64,000 nucleotides of DNA from Oculina patagonica (Eukaryota), in assembly GCF_052425735.1 (NCBI RefSeq), contig NC_135759.1:930001-994000 (forward strand), in the 5' to 3' direction. A model generated the notes under the pieces. That model did not search any database, had not been told where the DNA came from, and saw only the letters and a list, made by a program, of their open reading frames with translations. Shown here one piece after another: positions 1 through 11,900 of the stretch (the first letter of the stretch is position 1; the number at the start of each line of letters is the position of its first letter). A program made the position numbers and the translations under genes.

Positions 1-279
1 TCTGAGAACTGTCCAATTTGGGATTAAATTTGGATAGTTTCGAATAGGACTTTCAGGTAAAATGCACAAACTGTCCAATTTAAGAAAAATTGGACAGTTT
101 TGTCTCAGCCAATCAAATCAAAGGAAAAGCGACATGTGACGGATATCAGCCAATTAGCATTAAGAATAGCGTCAGCCCGGTAAACTTGTCGCATTGTTAG
201 TCGACAATGGCGGAATTTTTAAGGCAAGTTTGCTACGTTTTTCCATTCCTTTTGAGCTTTCCAGCAATAGTAACAACAA

Positions 280-500
280 AGAGAAATTTTCTACGTTGTC
301 AGAGGAGGAGCTAGCTACACTAAGAAGCAAAAACTAAGAGCAAAACGCCTCTAATAGTACAAAACTTGGGTGAACGTTAGTGCAGCGAAGGGAAGCAAGA
401 AATCTGTCAGATATTCATCGCCACGAGCTGGATGCAATTCTTTGTCGTTTATGCTGAAATTCGAAAAGAAAACACGGCCATGAAGTATGAACGAAATAGT
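280..500 (+). mobile_element. Degenerate Crypton-like (DUF3504 tyrosine recombinase) N-terminal coding relic within a repeat spanning about 1-955
   Basis: Broken frames read FSTLSEEELATLRSKN*EQNASNST and LDAILCR/YAEIRKEN..KYE. These resemble the 'F..lseeel..l....kNT..sT' and 'LD..L..FY.e.Rk..G..Y' motifs of CryptonA/DUF3504 proteins. Stops and frameshifts are present. Confidence 0.45.
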
Positions 501-1348
501 GGAAAGGAGTATGTCAGATTCAAGAAGTTGTAAAGCTCTTCGGACACTTTGTTTACGACTTTCGTTGATTGATGCAGTGTTTTCACTCACTTTGTAGCAA
601 GCTTCGCAAACTCAGGTGAATAAAATTGCACTGTTTTGTTTAATTTTTATTCGTGAAGACAATGCTTTGAGTGAGTTGCATGTGCTGTGTTATGCCTACT
701 ATTGTTGAATGCTTTTCCTGTTCTGGACATAAGTTTATTGTTTACGCTGGATTGACTGACTACAAGCTATATAATTAATATGTAACCGGACTACATGCTT
801 GTCCAATTTGGAAATAATTAGATTCAAAAAATTCCTCTGACAGCCAAATTGGACTCGGCCTCTGGCCTCGTCCAATTTTGGCTGCCCTCGGAATTTTTTT
901 CATCAAATTATTTCCAAATTGGACAGCATGTAGTCCAATTACGTATACTAATTTGTACATTTGTACACACAGCCTGAATATGAAAATGTTTACATGCTTG
1001 CTAGCCTCAACATTTTAAGGCATATTTTAAGGCTGAACAGTGGCTGATACAGAGATGATTATAGGGGCTGGGGGAAGGGGGCGGGGTATCCAGAGGCAGA
1101 GTGCAGGTGGACCCATTTTTCGCCCAATAAGGGGTGTGGAAGGCCCAGAAAATATTGTGCCCTTTAATTTTACAGCAAATTTAAGAGGGGAGAGGGTTGG
1201 GAGGTATGAAACCACTGGGTCTCTTGCCTAAAACCACCACTGTATAGACAAATCACAATAATTTATTTTTAATAGGAAAATTTGCCAGGAAAATGATTTA
1301 ATTGTTATGAAATAACAGTAAATATAGATTCATATTCCTTTTAAACAG

Positions 1349-3939
1349 AATACTGCCAAAGCTTTCTCTGGAGATGTTAGGGCCAGGACCATTGCTAGAA
1401 AAGTGAGTCACTTTGTTAAGTCCTGCAATTTGAGTTATTTCTGCAGGCATCTTGTAAAAAATGTGGAACTTTTCTTTTGAAGACTCACCTACAAGTGGCA
1501 AGACAAATCTTACAAATTATTAAGTATGGAGCTTTTACTTTTGGGCAACACCATACATATCATCCTCAGAGACCCAGGCCGGCAAAAAATCGGTGAAGAT
1601 CGCTCTTGACTTTTCTTCGCCGATTTTTTCGCCCATATACTAGGCTTTTCCCTGCCCCCACTAACTGCCCCTGGGTCTCTGAGGATGTGTACATATTGTC
1701 ATGAAAGATCTGTTGATTAACAGACTCTAACCACAACTTGGGGTGATGCAAAAAGATTTCAATACACCATACAATTTTTATCAGACCCTAGCCACACTAC
1801 ACCATATAATTTTTATAATTTGATGGCATCGAAAATGGTGGATCTCACAGATTTCAAGATGTGGCTGCATGGCTATATAGCTAGGGTCCTTTAATGCCCT
1901 ACAATTAAATCACACATTTTTAAGTGCCTTAGTGGGAGCAACTGAATTATTTCTTTCACATTAAATTTTGTTTTAGTTTATTGAAGGAAAAACTCACAAC
2001 CATTTGGATCTACCTTATGCTGAAAGAAGCTTTACCTATCTGCCATTTGAACACAGTGAGGACAAGAGAGATCAGGTGAGTGGTGTTACTGTGCAACTGA
2101 TGGACACCCCACAGGGAACCCACCATGGTTTTGGTGGAATGCAGGACTGCTGCTGGGAAATACTGTTGCCCAAAGAGATTCTTCACAACTATCATGTTTT
2201 CCAAAACTTGTGTAGAATTTTTATACATGCACTGGTGTACCTGATGGGAAGTTTTTCCTTATTATAGGAAATTAACCCTTGTGTTAATTAAGGTATCTGA
2301 AATTAACGGGACTTAAATTAACGCGAATCGAAAGAAAAATTACTTCCCAATAAACACGAAAGAGGAGGTAACATTTCAATATGAAGGAAACGTACACAAC
2401 AAAAAACATTTGTTGAGACAACAGGAACAAGTTTATCTCAACACTTGGCGTATACCCTTTACCCAAGCGTAGGGGGAATCTGACCGCTTTGATCATTCTT
2501 CGCAGTTTCGGTGATACTGGTAGATTTTCACCATGATGAAATAATGCCTTTTCCTAGAACGGTCTGTTCTATATCAAGAAACTGGAGTCAAAATAATGGA
2601 AATTAAGGTCACGGAAATGTATGCTTCACTTAATTAACAGCGTGGGGATTAACGTTAACAAAAATTAACGCGAATTTAAAAAATTCGCGTTAATTTCATG
2701 GAATGTTAATTTCCTATAATAAGTTGTACAAATTCTACACAGTTTGGAATGGCCAAATGTTAGTCTGGGATGATATGACTCATAGTTGATTTCTTATTTT
2801 CTGGCCCTTATAAATTTCAATGAAAATGCACTTCCCGAGATTAAAGCCATGACTTATTATTCCTTTAGGAATTGTCAGTGAGTTTAACATCCAGTTTGGT
2901 AGAAGACTTCAAGGGCACAGATCATGAAGAAATGGCCAAGATGAACCTGGAGTTTGCCATAAGACACAAGGTAAACAAATCAGTTGTTCATAAATTAAAT
3001 TTCAATTGATTTAGTGGTAATGAATGGGATAAAAAAATAACTTGTGCATTTCTGGTCATGGGTGGGGTAAAAAAAAGTGGTATACCGTAAATTCTGGTTA
3101 TAAGCTCCCCCCCCCCCTGCTTATAAGCCCCTCTGGTTATAAGCCCATCTACCTGGAAACAAAAGAATACATCCCATTATAAGCACCCCCCCCCCCCCGG
3201 ATATAAGCCCCCCTCTCCCAGATGACAGTACTAAACTAAACAGGGCTAAATGTTGCTTTATTATTCCTTTTTAACTTAAAAACGTATTTCGATCAACACT
3301 CCCGAGGTTCGTTTCGAAACGTTTTTTTCATTCCACTTATAAGCCCTCCCGGATATATGCCCCTCCGCTTATAAGCCCACCCAAAAACTGTTATGGAGTT
3401 GTATAAGCCCAGGGCTTATAACCGGAATTCTATGGTATTTTTAAGTAGTTCAGATATGGCATTATTTTTATTTATATACCTGATGAAATGTCTTGTCTTG
3501 TCTAGCTGTTTTTCATGTAGGTCTTGGGCAAAATGGAGTAACCTCCCTTCCACCTTGACTTCCAAAGCACTGATGCTCTGCAAATGACCGAAACCACTTA
3601 CAGTCCTGTGCATGATGAATTTGACAATAAATTGCCAAATTTCTACGTTTTGGTGTGCTCTCCTACAGTGTATGGGCCAATAAATTATTTTGTCTCGTGG
3701 GTGTAAAACCCGGTCACAGTAGACCCAGTCCATAGGGTGGGGCCTGACTGCTGGCATTTTCAGTAATTGTGCCTGGTTCTTAGACTTTCTCAAAGACGCT
3801 TTATCAAAAATGTTCTTCTTGACAGGAAGTCATAGACAAGTTTGGAAGATATCCACAGCGGAACAAACCTTTAGGAAGAGAAAACACGGCAGAGGAGGAA
3901 GAATTTCTTAATAACATTCCTGATCGATACAAGTGGTAA
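1349..3939 (+). CDS. DUF924-family protein, 3' part (last 4 exons; 5' exons lie upstream of the window)
   Basis: Phase-0 GT-AG exons 1349-1402, 1977-2075, 2869-2970 and 3826-3939 join to NTAKAFSGDVRARTIARK-FIEGKTHNHLDLPYAERSFTYLPFEHSEDKRDQ-ELSVSLTSSLVEDFKGTDHEEMAKMNLEFAIRHK-EVIDKFGRYPQRNKPLGRENTAEEEEFLNNIPDRYKW*. The motifs ER.F.YLPFEHSE..DQ and H..VI..FGR(F/Y)P.RN..LGR..T.EE..FL are characteristic of DUF924. AATAAA follows at about 4128 and 4167. Confidence 0.85.
2258..2723. mobile_element. MITE (non-autonomous DNA transposon) in DUF924 intron
   Basis: Terminal inverted repeat (TIR) CTTATTATAGGAAATTAAC ... GTTAATTTCCTATAATAAG, with internal TTAACGCGAA repeats. Confidence 0.6.
3085..3435. 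mobile_element. Tc1/mariner-pogo-like MITE (same family as 38503-38838)
   Basis: TA|CCGTAAATTCTGGTTATAAGC ... GCTTATAACCGGAATTCTATGG|TA, with repeated internal TATAAGCCC. Confidence 0.75.
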
Positions 3940-4319
3940 ACACAGACAGACGGTGAACATTACATGTAAGGCAAATTTATGTACAGGACACCACGGTGAA
4001 CAGTAGCCATATATTATACAGGACACCTTGCTGCTGGATACCCTGTTTTGCAAAGAGACCCTGCTTTTATGAACACTGAAGTCCTGGTGGCTTTCATGTA
4101 ACAGGACGGTGATCATGCAGTTTATTTAATAAATTGTATTTTATGTACTGTATATAAAAACATTGAATAAATTGCTGCAAAATTGTATTCACTTTAGTAA
4201 TAAAAGATTGGTCCAAAAGAATAGACATGGTTATATAGTGGACAATAGTTATCATTGGAATTTTTTTGCCAAAGGAACAGAAGCCTTACTTTGTTCCCAA
4301 AAACGTTATTACAGTATTA

Positions 4320-4815
4320 CAGTGGAACCCCGATATAAAGATATGCTAAGGGAGCAGTAAAATATATCGTTATATCGAAGTATCGTTATATCGAAACTCC
4401 CGATATAACGATATGGCCGTGTAATAGCCGAAAATATCGTTTTATCGGGGTAAAACTAACATGTACTTTTTCACTGGATACAGAGGTTTAGAATAAAGTA
4501 TCATTTTTGTATACCATCGTACAAAGCTGTTATCAGAAACGTTAGAGATTACTCGATTACTGTTATGCTACTGGATTAAGTTCGATGTTTTGCTAAATTG
4601 TTGACTGTGTACTGATAATATCGTTATATCGGGGAAGATTTTCCGTTCGGTACGCTAAATTCTCATCGTTATATCGGGAATATCGTTATATCGAAGATCG
4701 TTTTATCGCGGTTTTGTCCCATACATTTTACTGTAACTTTTGCCGGGACATAGAATATTCATCGTTGTATCGGGAATATCGTTATAGCGAGGATCGTTAT
4801 ATCGGGGTTCCACTG
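4320..4815. mobile_element. Tigger/pogo-like MITE
   Basis: TA|CAGTGGAACCCCGATATAA ... TTATATCGGGGTTCCACTG|TA, with many internal ATCGTTATATCG repeats. Confidence 0.8.
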
Positions 4816-5980
4816 TAGTACTGAACAGAATATAAATAAAAAATTATACATCAGAATTTTCTAAATTCTCTTGAGTGTTGCCGTGTAATGTGAAAATATT
4901 TTTTCACCCATGAATACCATTCCCACAGCCAAAGGAGGTCTGTATTCTCATAAGAGGTTGTAATTTTTGCAGATATTTTCAGCTGTGTTTTGAGGTGAGC
5001 AGCAGTACTAACAATGGGCTGCATGGCGGGTGGTGGGGAGAAATGTAGGGAGAGTGTAGCCTGCTCTCAGAACTAAAATCCCACAAGTAAACAAAAGTGA
5101 ACTGCTAGTATGTAATCAGCTTATACACAAGGATTGCATGCCAAACTCAAAACTTGATAAATGTACCGCAATTGGTTATTGTATGATAAAGACACACACA
5201 GATACAGGCAGACACTCAGACAAAATTATATAAGTTGAAAGAAAAAATACTTGGGTCATTAAAATCTTGGTAAAGTTGGAAAAGGACAATTTTGAAAAGG
5301 TTTCCAAAACTAAGACGGAGGGTCCGACAGACAGACAGACATAATGATTCTGTTCCTGCTTCATTTATTTGGATGGTTTCAAGCTCCTACACGATTTATA
5401 AACAGTCCTTCAATCTGTTGTTTAATTTATAATTTACCTCTCTTAACATACTAGAGTCTGACAATAGAAAATATCAGTAAAGTTAAAGTTTATCATTATT
5501 AATTTTTTTGTTCAAAACAATGTTTCAGCAACTGTTTCCAGGAGGATTTGCTGGAAACTGTCTCTTCAACACCAACTTGAAATAAATAAATATCCTCACT
5601 CTCTCATCAATCAGTCAAGGAACAATTTTTGTAGTCAAATCCTTGCAGAGAAGATAACTAAGCAATTTCATCCAATTAGTGAATAGTTTGAGCATTCACA
5701 AAATGTCCTACTAGAAGATTTTTTTCTGGCTTGTTGTCATGAGATGTTATGCGACACTTAGCAACTCCTTACATAGAATTATGTTCAAGCACTGTTCGGT
5801 GACTGAAATGCTAGATAATAGATAATAGCTAGGTTTACTCTAATTTGATCTTTTATAAAATGTAGCTTGGCTTTTTGCTCTTGAAAAAATAAAATTGATA
5901 GTTACTACTTGTTATGTGACGAAATCTACAACCATGCTATGTAATACAGAACAGATGATCAACGTCCAAGATGAGTATGT

Positions 5981-8900
5981 CTATTTAGCCAGAAGTGACT
6001 GCCCGTCCATCTCCTCTGGAATGGGAAGTCCCATGACATCTAACACAGTATTTGCTACATCACAAAGTGCCGCGTTGTGAGTTATTTCCTTAAACTTGAG
6101 TCCACCAGTCATGATGAAAGGAACTAACAAAAAACAGAACAAATCAAAGTGATGCACTGTGTATCACATGAAAGCAACTACAAGTTTAAGTTTAAGTTTA
6201 ATAATACTTTGTCATGCTAATACAAGGTAAATTAATTACAGAAAAAAAAATAAAAAAGTGCACGACTGGAAAAAAATTGGGAGAAACTAAATTCCACTAC
6301 AAAGAATATTCTCCAATATTAAATATACTAAAAATTAAGAAGTATGATTTAAACACCTTATTCACGCCAAATAGTGTGAGGAGAACATCGTCAACTATTT
6401 TTGATTCTTAACATTCTGTTTCTGCTATACAGGTGCAACTACGCACATTTTGCTGTGTTTTTTTTTTGTGGGAGGGGGAGGGGAGGTCAACAAGCAATAA
6501 CATATTCACTGACACACAAAAATGTACCTCCTATTAACACCCCTCAACAACAATTAAAACACAATCACTGTACTATACCTCTGTTAGTAGTGTGTGCTGT
6601 ATGAGGACCACCTTCTTCACTGATCATCTGTTCAGCATTGCCATGGTCAGATGTTACCATCAGTACATAACCCATCTCTTCACAGGCTTTGAAGACTTCA
6701 CCAATTGCTTTATCTAAGAAACAAACAGGAAATGAGCTGGTTAATCGATTTCCTCAAACTCTGAAAAAGAATAATTCTCTGTGGCTTCCAGGTGTCCCCA
6801 CCCCACAAGAGTGTCTCCCACACCACTGCATTCTGCCTTCATGAAAACCTCCTAAAAATCTCATCATTTCCTATTAAATTTTGAGCAAAAATTTCTGCTC
6901 AAACATTATAAAATGTCCTAAAGTTTCCAGTAGTGAATGGAACCATATTTTCCAGTTGACTGCACTGTACTGGAAAATGTTTCTGAAATTTTAAAAAAAA
7001 ACAAAAACAGACAACCTCTTGCTCAAGATTTACGCAGTTTTTTGAAAATTTATTTTTGGAAATTTGTGCTCCATTTGAGATTGCTCCTGGAATTTCTGGT
7101 TAAAGGGTTTGAATCTCAGAAATTCAACATTTTTTTGGGTTTTCTGGAAACTTCCCAGGACATTTTTGAACCATTTGCTCTTGTTCCAAAATTTCCAGAA
7201 CTTTATGTAACTGTAAGTAACTGCTGACTTACCTGTTGCTTCACAGCCCTTGATTGCTGGCTCGTATTTTCCAGTGTGACCGACCATGTCAGGTGGAGCA
7301 AAGTTACACATTACAAATGGGTACTGACCACTCCTTATGGCTTTACAAACCTGTAACAATACATTCAAAAAAAAATTATTGCAATGTGTAAAAGCCTGTT
7401 TCAGCTGGAGAGCAGCATGTAAAAAGGTGTGGTAGCCTACAGCGTGGTAAGTCTAGAAGTGTGACCTGTGCTAATGGTAGTTCAGTTGGTCAGGCAATCG
7501 GCCGGTTGGTCGGTCAGTCTTTATATTACAAAGGTGACATTCGACAGTCATTAAGAGATAAGACAAGATAAGATAGATATAAAGTTACTTCATTTATACT
7601 CAAAACAGATGAACCCATGGCCCTTAAAATACACAAATAGCCAAAGTAAGAAAATATAAAAAAATAATAATAAAAGCGCACACAGAGAGGTCACAACATT
7701 ATTAAAATTTTAGGTCAAGTTGGCTCACTATCCCCCCACAAGAAAAACTTGCATAAAATTGCATAATTATATTGGTCATTGTAAAGAACAGCTTGACAGT
7801 TTCATCAGTTACCCATATATTTAGGAAATTACCTCTTCACCGACACTGCCCGCGCTCATCTCAGGTTTCAGGTCATATGTTGCTACTTTAGGTGACGGCA
7901 CCATGAATCTAGTTTCCCCTTCAAACTGCTTCTCCACTCCACCATTGAAAAAGAATGTTACATGTGCATACTTCTCAGTTTCTGTCACAAAAATAATATA
8001 GTGGGATGAGGGATCTTACTATATAGAGGGGGGATCTGAGGGACCCCCCTTCAATTACAGTACTAACTAGTGGATGTATAGGAAAGCAGTATAACATTAA
8101 AAAAGTCAGTGGCAGATCTAGAGGTGCTCAAGAAGGGATAGGCCCTTGTGAAAAAGGTGTTGGGGGGGGGGGAGGCTTTTCTTGCTCCAAAACAGCAAGG
8201 GGAGGGGTGTAGGGGAACCTCCCGTAGATCTGCCAATGGAAGTTATTATTTTTTCAAAGCAACACCTACCAGCACAGTGGAACTGAGGGACACTGTGAAC
8301 AGATAGCCATTCTGCTAGGACATTCTTTGGAGTAACAGGAGGGAACAGAAGAGGGAAGGGAAATTCCTTCTTGTACTGCGTCATGGTTATATGGTGCTGA
8401 AAAACAGAACAAACCCATACCTTAATATAAGCCAAAGTAATATTACAGCTGTGAAAGGAAGACACAAAAGAACAATGGATTTTTTAGTTCACCAATCAAT
8501 GACACTCGAAGAAAGGTACACATACTAAGGGACGAACCATTATTTTTTTGGAGGGGGGGGGGGGGATGAAAAATATTGAAAAAATTGTTTGCAGGGCCTG
8601 GAAAGACAAAATAAATTGTTTGCAAAAACGATATGTATAACAAAAAATAGTAAGAATTTCAGAAAAAAATGTTTGCAGAGGTGTATAAACTAAAAAAATG
8701 AGTTTGCAGAGGAAAATTTTTCATCACCCCCCTCCAAGAAAATAATGGTCCGTCCCTAAGAGGGGTCTGAAGGGGTAAAATGGGAACTGGGATTTGGGCA
8801 AATTTTTATTAGGAAAATGGGATAAACTTGGGTTAATGGGACTTCGATTGGGTCACTGGGAATGGGAATCAAAGACAGAAAAACAATAAAACTGGGACGG

Positions 8901-11900
8901 GTAATTTGAAAATTTGGGAAAATAATAGGCTGGGAAATGGGATTTGGGCAAAATTTGGGCTGGAAAATCACAGGTTTGTGTCTTAAACTGGGTCAGGGTT
9001 TAGGAGGCCGGGATACACCCCTCTACCCATTGGTTGGACTTAACATAATTATTCCCACCTTCCGTTTGATACTTACAAGATCTTTGGGAATAACATCTGT
9101 TGGAAAGGGGGGCTTTATTCCAAAAGCTTCATTGATTTGTCTCATTCTATCAGCACGGAAGTCAATAAAGCAGAGAACATCTCCATCTGTGGAAATTAAT
9201 AATATTTAAAATCACAAACATGCAATACATGTAGTTGATGATGTCCTTTATTCACAACACTTTTATTCTTGATGACATTTATTAAAAATATATTAAGAGA
9301 TTAATAATAATAATAGATTTGGGTCACTGTTAGCACAAACCTTTGATTCTTCCTTCAGGATCAACAATGATAGGTTTAAGAAATTCATCTGTCTCATGCT
9401 TGTCTCCCTTGGCTTCATATCGACCCTTGATAACCTGTTGATTGACAAATGACAAAAAGAATTAATTCTGTTAAGAAAGCCCAGGGATTTTGTTAAAAAT
9501 ACTATTTAATTTGTGGGTTTTTTATTCTTGGATTGGGGTTGTGGGTAGAGGGTGGGGGGGGGGGGGGGCTTGGAAGGAATTCTAGGCTTCAAAATATTTA
9601 GGTTTATATTTTATAAAATTTTGGAAAGGATGTTGCATCTAAAAAATTTAGGTGTTAACATGTACATGTACAAGAATTACTGCAAAGTGAAGAAAACATA
9701 AAATACCGGTACACTACTGGCTTTTTAAATAAGGAGCTTATAAATCCAAATCTTAATCTTAATCTGAATAGGGGGAGGGGGGAGGTTAATAAGAATTTCA
9801 CAGCAAATGAGAAATTTACAAATACCAATTTATTATACATGTCAAGGTGCCAACATGTATGTACACTGTACTACACTGTTAAATCAAACACTGATGTTAA
9901 AACATACATGTACCTCAATAACTTTGTCTTGTGTTGTTACTTCACCCTTTCCCTGAACCAATGCTTCAAATGCAATCTTGATTCTCTCCCAGCGCTTGTC
10001 ACGGTCCATGGCATAATAACGGCCAACAACAGTTGCAAGTGAGCCATAATTGACCTCTTTAAGCTTTTTCAAGACCTGGTCCACATATGTAACTGCAACA
10101 TACCATTGTCATTAGTTTAAGGACTCTATTTCAGCTTCAAAAACAAATTACCATTATTTTGAATTGCTAGCGGTTTATTAACTGCAATTACACAATTACA
10201 CTAGCTATAGACACTGTAGAAACCCCTTTTTTTCTTTGGTTAATGGGGGTATGTAAACACTTTTCTTTGGGTTTGTACATCGTCGTCGTCGCACGCGCCC
10301 GCGAACCATACCGCTAGCCATGATGACCAAGAAAAACCAAAAACATGGGTCTGTTAATTTTCAATGGGTATGGGGCTCTGCTCTGCGGCCCTTCGGGCTG
10401 CTGGGAGCTCCGCTATGATAATAAATTTGAGACTCAAGTAAAATATAATTTTCAGTCTAACATGTTTTTCTCATAAGGGCGAATGCTACCTTTCAGTAGT
10501 TTACAGTAAACAAGAACACATGATTAATGTTATTCACCTCCACTGGTTGGTGATGTATCTCGCCCATCAGAGAAAAACTGAATGTAACACTTTGGAACAC
10601 CAAGTTCTTTAGCTGCGTCAATTAATGATTCTAAATGTGTAATATGCGAGTGGACACCGCCATCACTCACCTGTGAATATTAAACAAAAATGTTACAGTT
10701 AAACCTTAGTAAAGAATCTTCTCTCATTGCAATGATATCTAAACTAAAATCAAGATTTTGCAGCAGGAAACATACACCATGTACATGTGATAAAGTATTG
10801 ATTATTATTATTATCATTAACCACCGTACTGTTGCACTGATGCAACCCTTTAGAAAAAATTGTAAATGTGACGTGGCCTCACTGTACCTAGGCCAGATGG
10901 GTTGATGAGCTATGAGCCATCCAGCCCTGGAGATGTCAACAATTCATTTTTGATGTGCAATAGCCCTTATGCGTGTTAACGTCAGACTAGCTAGTTTCAC
11001 CACCAAGCCTCGCTTTCGAAGTGCAAACTTGTAAATTTTATCATGAACCTACAGTATATTCCCAAAGCAGCAAAGTTGAAAAGAATACCCACGTAAAAAC
11101 TGCATGAAGGTGGCACAGGGTTGAGAATAATTCGCGTAAACGAGGCTTGGTGGTGAATTTTGAGCATATGACGCTATCATGCATAAGGCCTATTCAGAAC
11201 TTCACAATGTTCACCAGGACATTTTTAGAACTTTTTAACAAATTCAAGCTTCATAAATGTGTCATGATAGAAATACTTATTGACTGAGCTGGAGCTCTTA
11301 ATGGGACAATATTTGGCTTGAGGTCATGTTGAACAGACCTTGCTGCTCTCAGTCTGTACACAATAATCTCAAGTCAAATATTTCTCTGTTCCACCTTTCT
11401 TCTTGGTCAATAAGATCATAGCATTCCCAACAGGTTGCACAAGTATACTGGACTCTGAATCAATAGGTCTGGATTTAAGCCACATGCAACATTGCCCTTG
11501 GATAGTTTTCTTGGGCAAGAATCTACTTTACTCTCACAGTGCTTCTCTCAAGACCTAGTTGCTTCATGCCACAGCACCTGGATTGTACTGTATTGACTTA
11601 CCGTATTTACTCGAATAAGCGCCGGGACGCTTATTAAATTTTTCGCGCCTCAAGTGCGGCGCTTATTCGAGGGCGGCGCTTATTTCAGGGCGGAGCTTAT
11701 TTAAAATTTGGACACCACAGCGAATCTCATCTTTTTACAGTAATTGAAAATAGCCTCTTTTGATTGTCGGTATTCGTCTTTTGCTGAATAGAGATGTGGC
11801 GCTAGCTGTCTTGGAAAAGTTCGCGGCCATTACAACATTTACAGCACTTATACGTATTGTAAGAATGTTGGATATAAAACTAATGAACGAGCGGTAAAAC

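Noticed and set aside
4320-4815. Short spaced repeats (ATCGTTATATCG; also GCGGCGCTTATT, TATAAGCCC, TTTCGCGA elsewhere) that look CRISPR-like
   Set aside because: Spacing is irregular, the repeats sit between TIRs with TA TSDs, the context is eukaryotic and there are no cas genes. They are MITE subterminal repeats.
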